From NCBI GenBank assembly GCA_964035545.1, contig CAXIUT010000308.1, positions 1 to 35,929 of the forward strand: a stretch of DNA of 35,929 bases. Reading direction: 5' to 3'. Shown here piece by piece: positions 1 to 12,575 of the stretch. Positions within the stretch are counted from its first letter, which is position 1. Each line of letters begins with the position of its first letter. The notes under the pieces are model-generated. The model searched no databases and was not told where the DNA came from. It saw nothing but the letters and a program-made list of their open reading frames with translations. The position numbers and the translations under genes are program-made. Source of the stretch: Bugula neritina. Lineage: Eukaryota > Animalia > Bryozoa.

Positions 1-89
1 CCCAACCCCAACCCCAACCCCAACCCCAACCCCAACCCCAACCCCAACCCCAACCCCAACCCCAACCCCAACCCCAACCCCAACCCCAA
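1..89 (+). repeat. Left telomere, (CCCCAA)n
   Basis: Perfect C4A2 hexamer array at the 5' end; Tetrahymena-type ciliate telomeric repeat in the correct orientation for a left end. Confidence 0.97.
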
Positions 90-163
90 ATGAGTGTTCA
101 TAAATTCAATGATTTTAATTAGTGAGTTAATAGAATTATAAATTTATACTCATACATATCCAG

Positions 164-1086
164 ATGGAAGTAGCTGTTCCAAAAATTGATCTTTCAGTAC
201 ATCTTGGTCCTGATACCGGCCAACAGATGCTATCTCGTATCCAGGTCAGAAACTATGCTGGAAATGGTTAAGTATTTATGATCTGATGAAGGTCAATGAG
301 TTGAAACAAAAAGCTAAGATTGATAACTAGACAATTGGCAACAATATAGTGTGCATTATCAAATATTCTGTCTACCCAGGCAGATAAGCAGAAGCTCTAA
401 AATATCTTCAAGAAGGATTTGATCAGACTAAAAGTAAATAATTGCTCAGTCCACTTCAATTCATCTCTAGAAAATTTTAAGATTAATAAATTCAAACTTC
501 TCTTTATTCTGAGGCAGGAGCAGTCTGTATTCGATATAGAATTGTTCTTTAATAAGAAATGGAAGGTTTCTTATCAAACTTCTCTAAAATAAGCAGAGTT
601 AGATTGGAATTATTGCTAAAGGGAAACGTCAGCCATACTATGAAGAATCGTACCAATGTAAAAGTTGACTATTGTTATGCGAATCTCACAGCTTAAGAAA
701 TCGACTCTGATGTATTTCATAATATGCTATTAGAAGGAGATGTCTTGCCTCAAGAAGTCATCATGAATCCTTTTTACTCAATCGTACAAAAAAGTAAAAA
801 AATGCATCTAACTCTCAGACTTAAAAGTTTTAGACAAATCAATAAGTATTATGAAGATATTGGAAAATCTATTGGAAATGATCAATTCAAATTCAATAAA
901 AAATAAGAGAAAAATGATTTCAAGTACACTGTTCCTGGCCTTTTCAAAGAAAATGTTGAAGCATTTGCCTTTGTTCAGGATGGCTTTGCTTTAAAGGCTG
1001 ATATCACCCATCAAGGATAAGAAATCTTTTTCAGATTAGTCAAAGTTTACTTCAAAGCAGCTAAACATGCTATGGGTGACTTTTGA
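164..1086 (+). CDS. Uncharacterised protein, about 300 aa (TAR=Glu), one intron 272-291
   Basis: ATG at 164. The 20-nt GT-AG intron removes an in-frame TGA and joins a frame open to TGA 1084-1086; spliced length 903 nt. Confidence 0.75.
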
Positions 1087-1143
1087 TCATCTAAAACCTA
1101 TTCTATTAATAATAAAAATATATTGTAACCGAATTTATAATTA

Positions 1144-4100
1144 ATGTAATTTCGAGTTAGACCTTCTTCAAAAAAATCAAATAACGACGTTTCTCTAGTT
1201 GACTTTCCCAGTAGATCGCTGATAGGAGGAGATACAGCACTTCAAAGATCAATGGGTTCTCGTATGGACCAAATATAATCTGCTTTATCTTCTTTTCAAG
1301 AAATGTATAAACGAGATCGATAAATTTCAAACGCTGGATATATTGAAACTCAAAAACGATTAGATAAAACATAATATAAAATTTTTTCAGCAGAACAAGA
1401 TCTAAGACAACTGAGTTAGGTACATTAAAATAAATTTAGATAAGATAAATAAAACAGCCTCGATAGGTATCATTTTCCAATGGAGAGCCATCGAAAAATG
1501 AGATCAATCTACTTAAACAAGTGTTATTGCAGGATAAAGATGCTCAAAGAGAATTAACTAAACATCAAAATAGTCAAATTTAACAATTAAGCATCAAAAT
1601 GCTCAGACAAGAACAATAGATAAGACAACTTTTATCATAACAAAGAAATCATTGGGAAAATCGTTTTCATGGACAAGAAGATGAACTCAGATAAGTTTAA
1701 GGACTGAAAAATAAAAAAATGTAACAACAGTATTAGTTAATCAAAGGCGTTATTGCAAATGCATAAAGGAAAATCTATGAATAACTTTAAAGAAAAATAA
1801 GAAATTAAACAGTAGTTAGAGATTTTGTTGACTAGAAACTAGCACAACTTAAATAAGAATTAACTATAGAACATCGACAAACTTTAGCCTCTGAAGCTAA
1901 ATTCATAAAATAAACAAAACAATCACTTGAAACGTTATTTACATTATCAACAAGTACAAAAAAATAATTATCTGAAGAACTAGCAGAAACACAAAAACTT
2001 ACAACAAGTAGCATCAAACGTATTTTAATTATAATATAGGTCTATCAATGGCATTGGATATAGCCAGGGAGAAATCAACAGACTAACTAAAATAAGCTGC
2101 TGAACTTAATCGAGAAATTAGTAATTAAATTATTGAACTTCGCAACTTTGTCACTACTAGTTTAGATTAAAATAGACATGTCATAAATCAATTAGAATAA
2201 CAAACACTAGAAAGAGGTTAAAATAGTAGTAATAATTCTAGAACTGTCCATAATCATTAAAATGAGCCTTCTTTTAATTTAATTCAAAAGGAAATCAATC
2301 AATGGAAAAATCTGACAGAACAAAAAAATCTTAATGTCTTTAAAGAAATATCAAATACTCTCAAAGTTATGAAGGTAGAATGGAGAAAAGAAAATGATGA
2401 TCTTGTTAGTGAGGTTTCTAGCCTGAATGATAGTTTAAAATCTTTAAAGAAAACAGGACCAAACTAACTGAAAAAAAGTGTTCAGGGTCTTGTATCTATT
2501 TTCAACAATGAATTTGATGTTCTAGCAGAAGAGTTAGAAACATTAACTGATATGATTGCACTTGCTAAGAAAGAACTCTAAAAAGATTTTAAAGAAAAAT
2601 TAGCGAAAATGAAGACTGAAATCCTAGAATAAATGAAGGTAGTTGTGACTCAAAAAGGAAAATAAAGTGCTAATTACACAGATAAGACATTAGGTCGAAG
2701 CGAATAGAATATGAAAAGTTATACAAATAAAGAAATAAAGTTTTCAACTTAGTCTATATCTCAAAGAATAGATAAAAATTAATCATCTATAATGCAATTT
2801 GAAACAGCAATGAAGAAAAATAATTTATTAACTGCATCACAACTAGAATAATATAGTCTCAAACTTAAAGGATTTAATGATAGCTACAAAGATTACTTGG
2901 AAGAACAAAGAAGAGACGATATGAAAAAAAGGTTAGAATTAGAAGAAACTATGAGAAAGAACGCAAGTAATTTAATGGATATTGGTTATAAAAAATGTGA
3001 GTATCTTGTAGAAGGTTTAAAAAATAATATTTAAGTTGCTCAGATGAAATAAAAAGTAGAAGCAACACAAGCTCTTGATAGTGCTAAAGACGAACTCAAA
3101 GTAATTTTTAATTTATTTAGAAAGAACTTCAAGGTAATAGACTTTAATTTCAAAAAGATCTAAGTCAAGGAATGGATAAATTATCGAAGGAAAGATAAAC
3201 TAGTGAATAAAATATGTTATAAACTGTTCAATAGAATATTAATAATGCAAAGAGGAATTTAACAAATTAAATAGGTAATAGTAAACTTTAGATGGAATAA
3301 AAAATCAGTTAAATTAAAACAAAAGCATAATAAAATTCAAAATAACTTTAATAACAACAAATATCACTTAAAAATTCACTATTATAAATGCAAAGAAATT
3401 AGAAAAAACTTAATTAATAAAATTTCCAGAAAACTAAAGATTAAATAAATGAGAAAGTTTCTAATTTAGAAGAGTCAATTAAAAATAAAGAAGTATAAAA
3501 AAGTAAGGAATAGTCTGCTCAAAAAGCATAGATGGAAACTTATATATCAACTTAGATAAATAAAGCAACATCAGTTCAAAATTAAGAAATATCTCAATTA
3601 AAAGCATCTCTTCAGTAATCTCTGAACCAATAAAAATAATAAAATAACCAAAAATTTATCAGTTTATAAGAAAAACTTCAAAAATCTTCTTAAGAAAAAG
3701 ATAAGTCTGATCTAAATAATAAAGCAAAAGAATAGTAGCTTGAAAAAAGATTAGAAACTTCAAATTAAAACTTTGAAAATAAGATAATTGTGATTAATAC
3801 AAAACTTGATGAAATAAATAATAAAGTCGGTTAACAATACAACAACTTATAAGAAAAACTACAAAAATCTTCAGAAGAGAAAAATAAAGTTGAATCAAGT
3901 AATAAAATAAAATAATAATAACTTCAACAAAAACTAAATTCAACAAACTAAGAAATATAAGGTAAAATAGTATTAATGAACACAAAATTAGATTAATTAG
4001 ATAATAAAGTCGTATAAGTAAATAAAAAAATGGATGAAAACCAAAATCAAGCATAAAGATAAAAGCAAGAATCTTCAAAAGAAGTAGCATAAAAACAAAA

Positions 4101-4932
4101 AGATATATAAGAAATGATAAATCAAGTCGTAGTAAATATAGATGCTAAAAACAAGTAAACATCTAATCAACTTGAAACAATAAATCTTAAAATATCTTAA
4201 TTTTAAAATAGTTCTTAACAAAAAGCAATATCAAAATAAAAAGACTTTTAATAAAAACTCAATACTCTTGTTTTAAATGTTGATAAAAAAGATAAATAAA
4301 ATAGTAAATAATTTTAATAAATCAATAAAAAGATATCTCAATTTGAAAGTAATTCTGAACAAAAAGCTATATCGAAATAAAAATAATTTTAATAAAAACT
4401 TGACAAACTTATTGTTAATGTTGATGTAAAAGATAAATAAAATAGTAAATAATTTTAATAAATCAATAAAAAGATATCTCAATTTGAAAGTAATTCTGAA
4501 CAAAAAGCTATATCGAAATAAAAATAATTTTAATAAAAACTTGACAAACTTATTGTTAATGTTGATGTAAAAGATAAATAAAATAGTAAATAATTCGAAA
4601 AAGTTAACAAAAAGATTTCCTAATTCCAAAGTAATGTTTAAAAAAAAGACGGATAAGGAAAAAAGGTTGGATAATAAAGTTTAGATAAAATACAAAAAGA
4701 TCTGTAAAGACAAATAAAAAGTTTATCAGTTAGAATAGATGAAATACAAGACCGTGATAGAGGATAATAAAATGAAGAGGCAATAACAAGTGTACGTAAG
4801 TCAGTAAATAAGTTATAAGCTATGGTATTTTCTTAACAAGCAAAAAATAAAGCATTATTTGATAGATTAACTGAAGATGTTAATAAAGTTAGCTAAAACT
4901 TGAATCTTCTCACCAACTAAATGAGATAATGA
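1144..4932 (+). CDS. Large coiled-coil protein, about 1242 aa, introns 1420-1439, 2020-2039, 3101-3120
   Basis: Three 20-nt GT-AG introns link E/K/Q-rich open frames from ATG 1144 to TGA 4930-4932; spliced length 3729 nt. Confidence 0.8.
4219..4641 (+). repeat. Intragenic tandem repeat, 141 bp (47 aa) x about 3
   Basis: CAAAAAGC(A/T)ATATC recurs at 4219, 4360 and 4501; the middle copies are nearly identical. Confidence 0.9.
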
Positions 4933-5034
4933 TTAACAATCCTCTGCTATAATATCTAATATATTATCATAATATTCATATAAAAGTATTCAATCAGTTT
5001 CATACAAGCATTTTCATCTTTTATATTTATTTTA

Positions 5035-5122
5035 TGGGGTTGGGGTTGGGGTTGGGGTTGGGGTTGGGGTTGGGGTTGGGGTTGGGGTTGGGGTTGGGGT
5101 TGGGGTTGGGGTTGGGGTTGGG
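5035..5122 (+). repeat. Internal (TTGGGG)n tract, right telomere of the first 5.1-kb unit
   Basis: About 14 perfect TTGGGG units about 100 bp downstream of the TGA at 4932. Confidence 0.95.
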
Positions 5123-5958
5123 ATCTTATGCTCCTTACACTACATTTCCATCTTTGTCTACAAAACAATAAATGTGCATTACCTTGATTGTAAAATCAAA
5201 TTTCGGAATCAAATTTTATCCAACTCTGGCCTTTGACAATTGAGCTGGATAGTTAAACACTAATTCTGTAAACATCGGCCTCCATTTCTAAATTAATTTA
5301 TATTTACCTTCACTTTGTACATCTTGATATGCCCTGAAAAATATTAATATCCTTGATCTTAGGTCATTAGGTCTAGTTCAGATAGTTTTTAGTTCAAAAA
5401 AGCATGATAAGTTGTTTTAAAAATAACTGTTGATTCCTGTTCCAACTAGTATAGAGAAAAATCTGGAATATAGTTTCTCATCAGCTATGTTGCTCTTGCT
5501 TCTGGGCTGCCTTCTGAAATTTTACTATAAACAGTTGTTCCAGCATTAGCTATAGCTCCTTCTCTAGTACTAGCATATTATTTTAAATTTTCTTTGAAGA
5601 TTTCATATTCTTTATACTGCTAGGTATTAGTAATACGATTTTTGATGGACTCAGGAATCATTCCTGATAACTTAAATCCTTATTTTTTTTGTTAAGGTTG
5701 TTTATCACTACTAACAAGAGCTGATTTAAGATATTAAGGAGTTTCGTTTTGAATTTGTTCAAGTTCTTATTTACTGTATCTTTTTTGCTATTTGACTTTT
5801 TGATATTTTTGTTTGACTTGTTCTTCTTCATCAGGAAAAGTTTATTTCCAAGCTGACTTCACAAAAGCAAAGATTCTGTTACTTTTTGGTTTATCTTAGC
5901 AAAAGTAAAAACTGTTTCTACGCCATACTAGCATAGCCATATTTCTAAACCTCATCAT
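5123..5958 (-). CDS. TIM44: Mitochondrial import inner membrane translocase Tim44-like, 3'-truncated at the telomere tract; intron 5288-5307
   Basis: Arg-rich presequence-like N-terminus (MMRFRNMAMLVWRRNSF), PDFSLYELEQES..YHAFL segment and HIYCFVDKDGNVVEGAED, which resembles the Tim44 C-terminal domain. There is no stop before the frame runs into the repeat tract. Confidence 0.75.
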
Positions 5959-6128
5959 TTGTTGTTAATATAAAATTAATTGCCGTAATAAATTATTCTT
6001 CAGAATGAATATAGTGACAGAAATGACCAGATTCACAATAAAATATTATCCTTTCAATAATATTTCTATAAAATTATTTAATTTAGAATAGTTAATATAT
6101 AAGCATTAATATAATTAATGATGAATAA

Positions 6129-7100
6129 TCACTGTATGATTTAAGGAGTTAAAAATTACTTTTTTCTTGTTTATCTCTTAGCTTGACTTAAAAATTGACT
6201 CCTAGCCTTCTCAATTTCCTTGTTCATTCCCAAAACTGAACGACGAATCTTTTATATCTTTTTGATTTCTTCTAACTCTTTTAACTCATATCTTGATTTC
6301 AGATCGGTTGTCTGATCGATGTCACACATTGTAGAATACATTTCTACAAAGACTGCAAAAAGACCGAAAATATAGAGAAGAACGAAGTCTTTCACTTTTC
6401 CGTCCAAGATAGCGTCAGAACCTCCAGTATAATAAAAGTTGGCTGAAAGATAATAAGCTCCTATCTCAAAGAAGAGTGCCGAATCAGCCAAAAGAACAAA
6501 TTTAAAGAGTATGACTCTCCATTTAGACCACTTAACATGGATCATCATAATTCTGAAATTTCCAACAAAGAATATGATTTCAACTGGAAAGGCAATCATA
6601 GATATGACTTGATACCACTATCCAGTATAGATCACTAAGAGAAAGCCAATAAAGCCAAAACAACTGGCGACCTGAGTGAGAAATATATTATCCAACAACA
6701 CATAGATGTTGAATATTTTCCACCAGTCCTGGCACAGTTGTCTCGTAGTCAACAAGGTTATCACTATTGTGCTTATCATAATGACAATAGACATATATCC
6801 TTTTGACAGCTCATTATTGGTAAATACCAACAAGATGTTCTGGAAAGAAACTGTAAAGGAAAGGATCAAGTTGATGAAGTAGATAAGCAAGTGTTGTTCA
6901 GATCTTGATTCATTGTCTTATTCCTTTTCACTTTCATTTGAACTTTGTTTCTATTCAAGATTCGATACCTTGTTTCCATTTTGTAAGAGAGAAGGTAGGG
7001 AGTCTTCCATGACAGGAGTCTCTTTCATGCACTCTGCAGGACTTTCTAGGTTCCAAACTTTGCTGTTGTTGTTGCTGGTGAAGCTAAGCATTCCTAACAT
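6129..7100 (-). CDS. Multi-pass membrane protein, 323 aa
   Basis: Single frame from ATG 7100 to TGA 6129 joining track ORFs 6618-6890 and 6252-6599 through TAR codons; several hydrophobic helices. Confidence 0.8.
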
Positions 7101-7162
7101 AGTTTCTATTTCTAAGAAAAGAATATAATCAATCAGTATAATATCGAAATATTTATCTTAGT

Positions 7163-8296
7163 TCAAGTTTGACTCTAAAATATTTTTTTTATCGCCTTTA
7201 AATGTTCCATCTCCTTATATAGTTCTTCTTGATCGGATTCTAATCTATTATTCACTCCTCTAATTAGTCTCTGCTGTTAGATAATTACTCCAACTTTACC
7301 TCGTAAATACCCTCTGTCTCCTTCTATTTTTCTTCCCTTTTTACTGACAATTTCTCGTTTTTATTGAGTTTCTTTGATTTTCATGTTGATCTTTTCGTTT
7401 GTTTAGTTATAGAGCTTTAATTTAGAATTTAGAATGCCAATAGTTAGTCGATGATGTTTTACAAGGATTTAATTGTTTGTAAAATTACCTTTTAATGCAT
7501 AAAAGTGTTTCAATATTTAGCTATTTTTTTACTTCAAAAGATCTAACTTTCCAAATAACTTTTAAATATTCCTTTTTTCCCTTGTTATCCATCCTTCTCC
7601 AATGTTTTCTACATTTTATTTTTATAGTTCTTATTCTTCTTCTTCATATTATTTTTCTTCATCAAGAGATAGAGATAATTAAAGTTGAGTATTTTTTCCT
7701 TTTAATTTTTGAATATTCGATTCTATTTTTCTCATTTGATCTCTAATAGTTCTTCTTTCGAAATTGTACATTTACTTTTTTTTAACTGATTCTTCAAGAT
7801 TAATCAATTCTTGATTGATTTTATCTTCATTTAATTATAACTCACGAGATATTTTGATTTATAATTCAGCTAAAGATTGCTTTATCAACTTCTATTATTC
7901 TATTTGACGGCTACATTTTTCAATGGCATTTAATTATTAATATTATTTTTCTTTTCTTTTCTAGTAAGTTGTATTTTTATCTTTCCAGTCTGTCATAACT
8001 TTTTTCAATTTTTTTTGAAGTTAATAAATCTTTATTTTTTTATTAGTGTTTCTTCTTTGAGGTGCCTGCTTCACAATCTTACTCTTTGAATTTGAACTTG
8101 ACTATTTATAAGTTAAATTAATCTATTGAGAACGAGAATGATGCATCGAATGATTTATATCTTGTATCTCCTTTTATAGTTCTTGATAGTGATTAATTTT
8201 GTCCTGATAATCTAAGATCTATTCATGTAGCTAGAGTTTAACAGCCTCTTCTTGTTTTAGCTATATTTATGGTTCTGGGTTGGGTTAAGAAGACAT
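7163..8296 (-). CDS. Coiled-coil protein, 377 aa
   Basis: ATG 8296 to TGA 7163, 1134 nt, E/K-rich under TAR=Glu. Confidence 0.7.
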
Positions 8297-8364
8297 TTTA
8301 CTTCTTTGAACTAGTTTAATATATTGAATAAATATATCAAACTTAAGAATATATTCCATATAGA

Positions 8365-10584
8365 ATGGTTGATATATCGAAACATAGTCTTCTAAAAAAA
8401 CATAACTAGATACATAAAGATCTAATTAAAAAGTATCAATAACATTTTAACCCCCTTTTTCTACCTAAAATGGCAGTTACAGGCTACCATATAGAACTAG
8501 ATCCCTCTTGCCAGATCTTTTTCAGCAAATTAAAACTATCAGACAAGAACCTTATTCAAAGATAAAACTAGTTCATTGATATCATGAAAAATATTGTCAC
8601 TAAACAATCTTAAAATTGTGCTACTGATTTGCTACTACTGTCTTTAGCAAATATCCCAGAACAATCAAGAAAAATGACAGTACAATTCTAAGAAAATAAA
8701 CATAAATATTATTAAATTTTAAGTAGCAGATTAAAAGATCTCAACTAGTTGATATTTCATATATAAAGATTTCAAAAGTAACCATTGCTATAAAAATAAT
8801 GCAGAACAATTCTTCAGAAATAAATAGTAAAACTTAAAAGTGGATATAAACAACATCAAAATAAAAAGATGATAGAATAAATAAAAACAATGTAAAAATT
8901 AATTTAATAAAAATAAAGCTAAACCCAATATTTCAACTTAAAGGCTTTTAAATCAAAATAAAGAAAATAAAAAGAATAGCATATAAGAAATATGCTAGCA
9001 AAAAATAAAAATATACTAAATATGAATAGAATAACAACTTAAGCGTCTTCAAATAAATTTTAAAATACTGATTCAGTAGATATTAGATTCAGTTAGCAAA
9101 AAGATAAAAATTTTATATTAAAACAAAAACCTCTGATTCAACCTCCTTTTAAAAATAGTATCACATATAAAGATAGACTTCTTAACAAATTTGATTCAAT
9201 CAAATATGATTATCAAGCTCCAGAAGGATCTAAAAAAGTTATCACTAGGTTTAAATAGAATACTTTCAATAGTAAAAAACGTCAATTTTTTAATAAAGGA
9301 AACTATTGGAATAAATATAATAAATAAAAAAGTTAAAATATCGATAAAAGCATTAATTAAAATGACAAAACTAGTTAAATAAGATAAACTAAAAGATTAT
9401 TTAAAGTTAAAAGTAAAAGCAATGAAAGAAGATCATTGATGGCAGCCCCTATCTTTTAGTCAAAACAGAAAAATAAGAAAAAAATAAGATTGAAGACATA
9501 GATGATATCAAAATCAAAATACAATCAATAAAAGAGATAAAAGAGATAAAAGAGATAAAAGAGTAATAGTATTTGTAAGATTAGTTGCAGTTCGAAAAAT
9601 GATTCAAAAAAAATGTCTATATCAATCGATAACTAATAAAATATTAGACCCAAAAGCACTTCAATTGAAAAGAAATAATCATAAATATAAATACAATCTC
9701 TTGGTTTTCTTGTTTAAAATACTTAGCTCTAGGAACAGAAACAATACATGAAGAGTAAAGGTCAAAGAGGAAAGAAATTCAAAATAAATAATAGTCAAAG
9801 AAGAAACAGCATGGTGAATTCATAGTAATCATTAGTTAAAAGTTAATTAATGATTAGATATAATATTAAACCTGAGAAGCACAAATTTTTATCTAGATAA
9901 AAAGAATAGATTTAGAGAGAATAAAAAAAATCAGTAACCTCTGTTTTAAAATCAACAAAAAAAGGTCAAAGATGTGGAAAAATGGTTCCAAATAGTAATC
10001 GCGCTAAATTTCAAAGAATATTAAAATAAAAAAATTTATAATAAATACTTATTGATAAGGATATTTAAGAAGATGATAAATATCGAAATAAATAATCAAT
10101 TAAAAGAAGACCAGCTCATTTCTTAACAAATGATCTCAGAGTAAAAAATAACAAACATATTCTTTCTCATAAATCAAGAATTCTACTTGAAGTTGATCTT
10201 GATGCAGATTTTTAATAAAAATAACCAATCAAAAATAAAAATCAATAATATGTTGATAACAAAGGTTTCTCAGTACAATTTTCAGAACTAGCTAAATTTC
10301 GATAAAAAGCTAATCAATAAAATCCTTTTTATTAATATTCAATGGCTCACTTTTATGGAGGTCAAAATATTAAATAATTTTAGTATTAAATAATTTCCAA
10401 TGAGAAAGGTATGTATTCCTTTAATAGACAGTTCGTTCAAACTCCTAAAAGTTAACAATCTCAACAAAAAATGATTAGCTTTACAAATAAAAAGGATATG
10501 GCTCTTGATTTTGGAAAACAATTGGCAAGATAGTTTCAAGATTTAGGTCAAAAAAATATTATTACTCCTTCAAGAACTAATTGA
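8365..10584 (+). CDS. Uncharacterised K/E/N-rich protein, 739 aa
   Basis: ATG 8365 to TGA 10582-10584 in one frame; includes a short TAAAAGAGA (EKR) repeat near 9530-9563. Confidence 0.7.
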
Positions 10585-10907
10585 TTAATTATTATTCATA
10601 ATTTTGACTTTAATTAATTTTATATGTTAAAACCCAAGAATTTTAAGACCTTTTTTATGTATTGTTTTTATATATATTTTCGAACTTAAACTTACTCTTT
10701 TGATAGTAGACAAAAAAAGACGTCACTTTTATTGATTTATAAGACTCTTTTTGTATTATATATAATCTTTTATTGTCATTTAATGTCATATTATTGTCGA
10801 ACAAACTTCTCTAATTCATTAGATAATACCAACATTATGACAGGAAAATTTGTCTTTTTAAAATATTATCATTTTTAACAGTTAAACAGACGAATTTAAT
10901 GCTAAAA

Positions 10908-12533
10908 ATGAACATTATTATCCTTATCTTCTTTCTAATTCAATCATAGATAGCATTGAAATAGAAGAATTTTGAAGAAAATTGAACTACTAAGAGATTG
11001 AAAACTCCTTAGTTAAAGATAATTTAAATTAAGGCTTCAGGATAGTTACCTTCAGGTCTCACAATAACTTAATAATAGTATTAAAATATAAACATTGACA
11101 ATAATGATTAATATGACTGAAATGATATATATTCTAACAATTTATAACAAAAAAATGAGTCAACTAATAGATCTAGAACAAACCATTGTTCCCAACCTCT
11201 CAGAATTCTCTGCTACCATCATGTCTTTCTATCTACTGACACTTGCTTACCACAGTTCTTATAATAACATTCTCTATCTTCTTTACAGTTCAAACTATCA
11301 ACCATATAACCTCACCGACCCGTATCAAAATTACTTTATCCTTCTATGGGATTCAAACTCATCAACATCTATCAACAACTATACAAGTATCAACTTTACA
11401 TGTAGCCTACAATGTCGCATCAAGGCAACTTCTTCTATGTTTTTGATAGAAAGCGAAGATGAAATTAAACTTTTTTCAATGTTTTAAGATCAAATGAATA
11501 TTGATTTCAGTTCTCCATTGCAGGCATATTCTAAATCATCTCTGCCCAACTCACCTCCCTTTAAATATTATTCTTCAGATATCTTCAAAACAATGTTTAT
11601 CTACACTGAAGGAACTAATCTATACTTTTTATATCATTCTTCATATAATTCCACGCCTTCTTCTATTTTTTTCATATTGCCTAGTTTTTATTCTTCAGTC
11701 TACAGTATAATCATTACTGAAGCATATGCTATCATTGCATTTCAAATAACAAATGGTATAGAAAGCTATCTAATTCCCTGTGTCAGCTGTGTATTTAATT
11801 ATCAGTATGTTTCAGGATCAGTTATGGACTCCTCAATGTATCGAACTTTTACCGCTAATCGTAATATTACTTCTCGATTTTGGGTAACAAGAGCTGATCC
11901 TGCTTTCTAGACTAATAATATCACCACTATATGGTATATAATTGACTCAAGAGCAGTGAAGTTGTCATTAGATTTGAATTCGAATACTTAATCGTTCATT
12001 AATTTTACACTTATTGGGTAGACAGGAAGCTATGATAGCAACTATAATGATCTTATTTTTTATGGAAAAAACAATACTTTTGTGGAAATATAGAACTACT
12101 CTCTTGCTGATTCATCACTCATACTCTATCTTCCCTCAAATAATTCAATAGAAAGGACAGCAATTTCAAATGATTCTCAAAGAATAGCAATCCATGATGA
12201 TTCTGATAGTTACTCAGTAAAATTATACTCATTAGTTTAAAACTGTTAAAGTTATGAAACTTCCCAAAATACTGGAGATGTTTGCTAATGTTCATAATTT
12301 ATAAATGGAAATTGCAAACAAAAAATATAAATAGTCTAAACATAACAATCTTCTTCTTTTCCTATTTACATAATTATAGTTCCAATCATAGCAATTCGTA
12401 TTTTTGAGAATATTTAGCTTTAATAATAATTGGAACATGGCTTATTTATAAACTATGCCAAAATTATCGAAAAAAGAGTAGAAGAACAGCTTGGAAATAT
12501 AATTCCTCATAATTTATTTCACTTTAAATTTGA
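10908..12533 (+). CDS. Type I membrane/surface protein, S/N/Y-rich ectodomain; 5' end uncertain; intron 12398-12417
   Basis: Long frame open from about 11002. The 20-nt intron restores a TM helix (PIYIIIVPIIAIPLIIIGTWLIY) and basic tail ending at TGA 12531-12533. A signal-peptide-like start at 10908 lies in another frame and hits TGA at 10983. Confidence 0.6.
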
Positions 12534-12575
12534 ATATATTATATTGAATTATCTATAAAATAAAGATAAATGCCA

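Noticed and set aside
90-163. Shared chromosome-breakage motif next to the four telomere tracts
   Set aside because: Visual comparison of the four subtelomeric flanks gave only short AT-rich matches; motif discovery on many ends would be needed.
3794-4629. Hydrophobic F/L/I-rich minus-strand track ORFs (also 1157-1372, 1832-2017, 17332-17529, 22583-22893, and the plus-strand equivalents 7495-7746, 29960-30145, 34336-34578)
   Set aside because: Antisense shadows of A-rich genes on the opposite strand that become continuous under TAR=Glu.
5120-5126. GATC at the first telomere junction as a DpnII/Hi-C ligation scar
   Set aside because: The second junction has no GATC and a 4-mer is expected by chance; not supportable.
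4956-5168. Track ORF with (QP)n repeat
   Set aside because: Translation of the telomeric tract across a junction; not a gene.
8271-8286. Telomere-like GGGTTGGGTT (and CCCCAACCAA at 15831-15840)
   Set aside because: Short matches inside coding sequence (PNP, IGWG codons).
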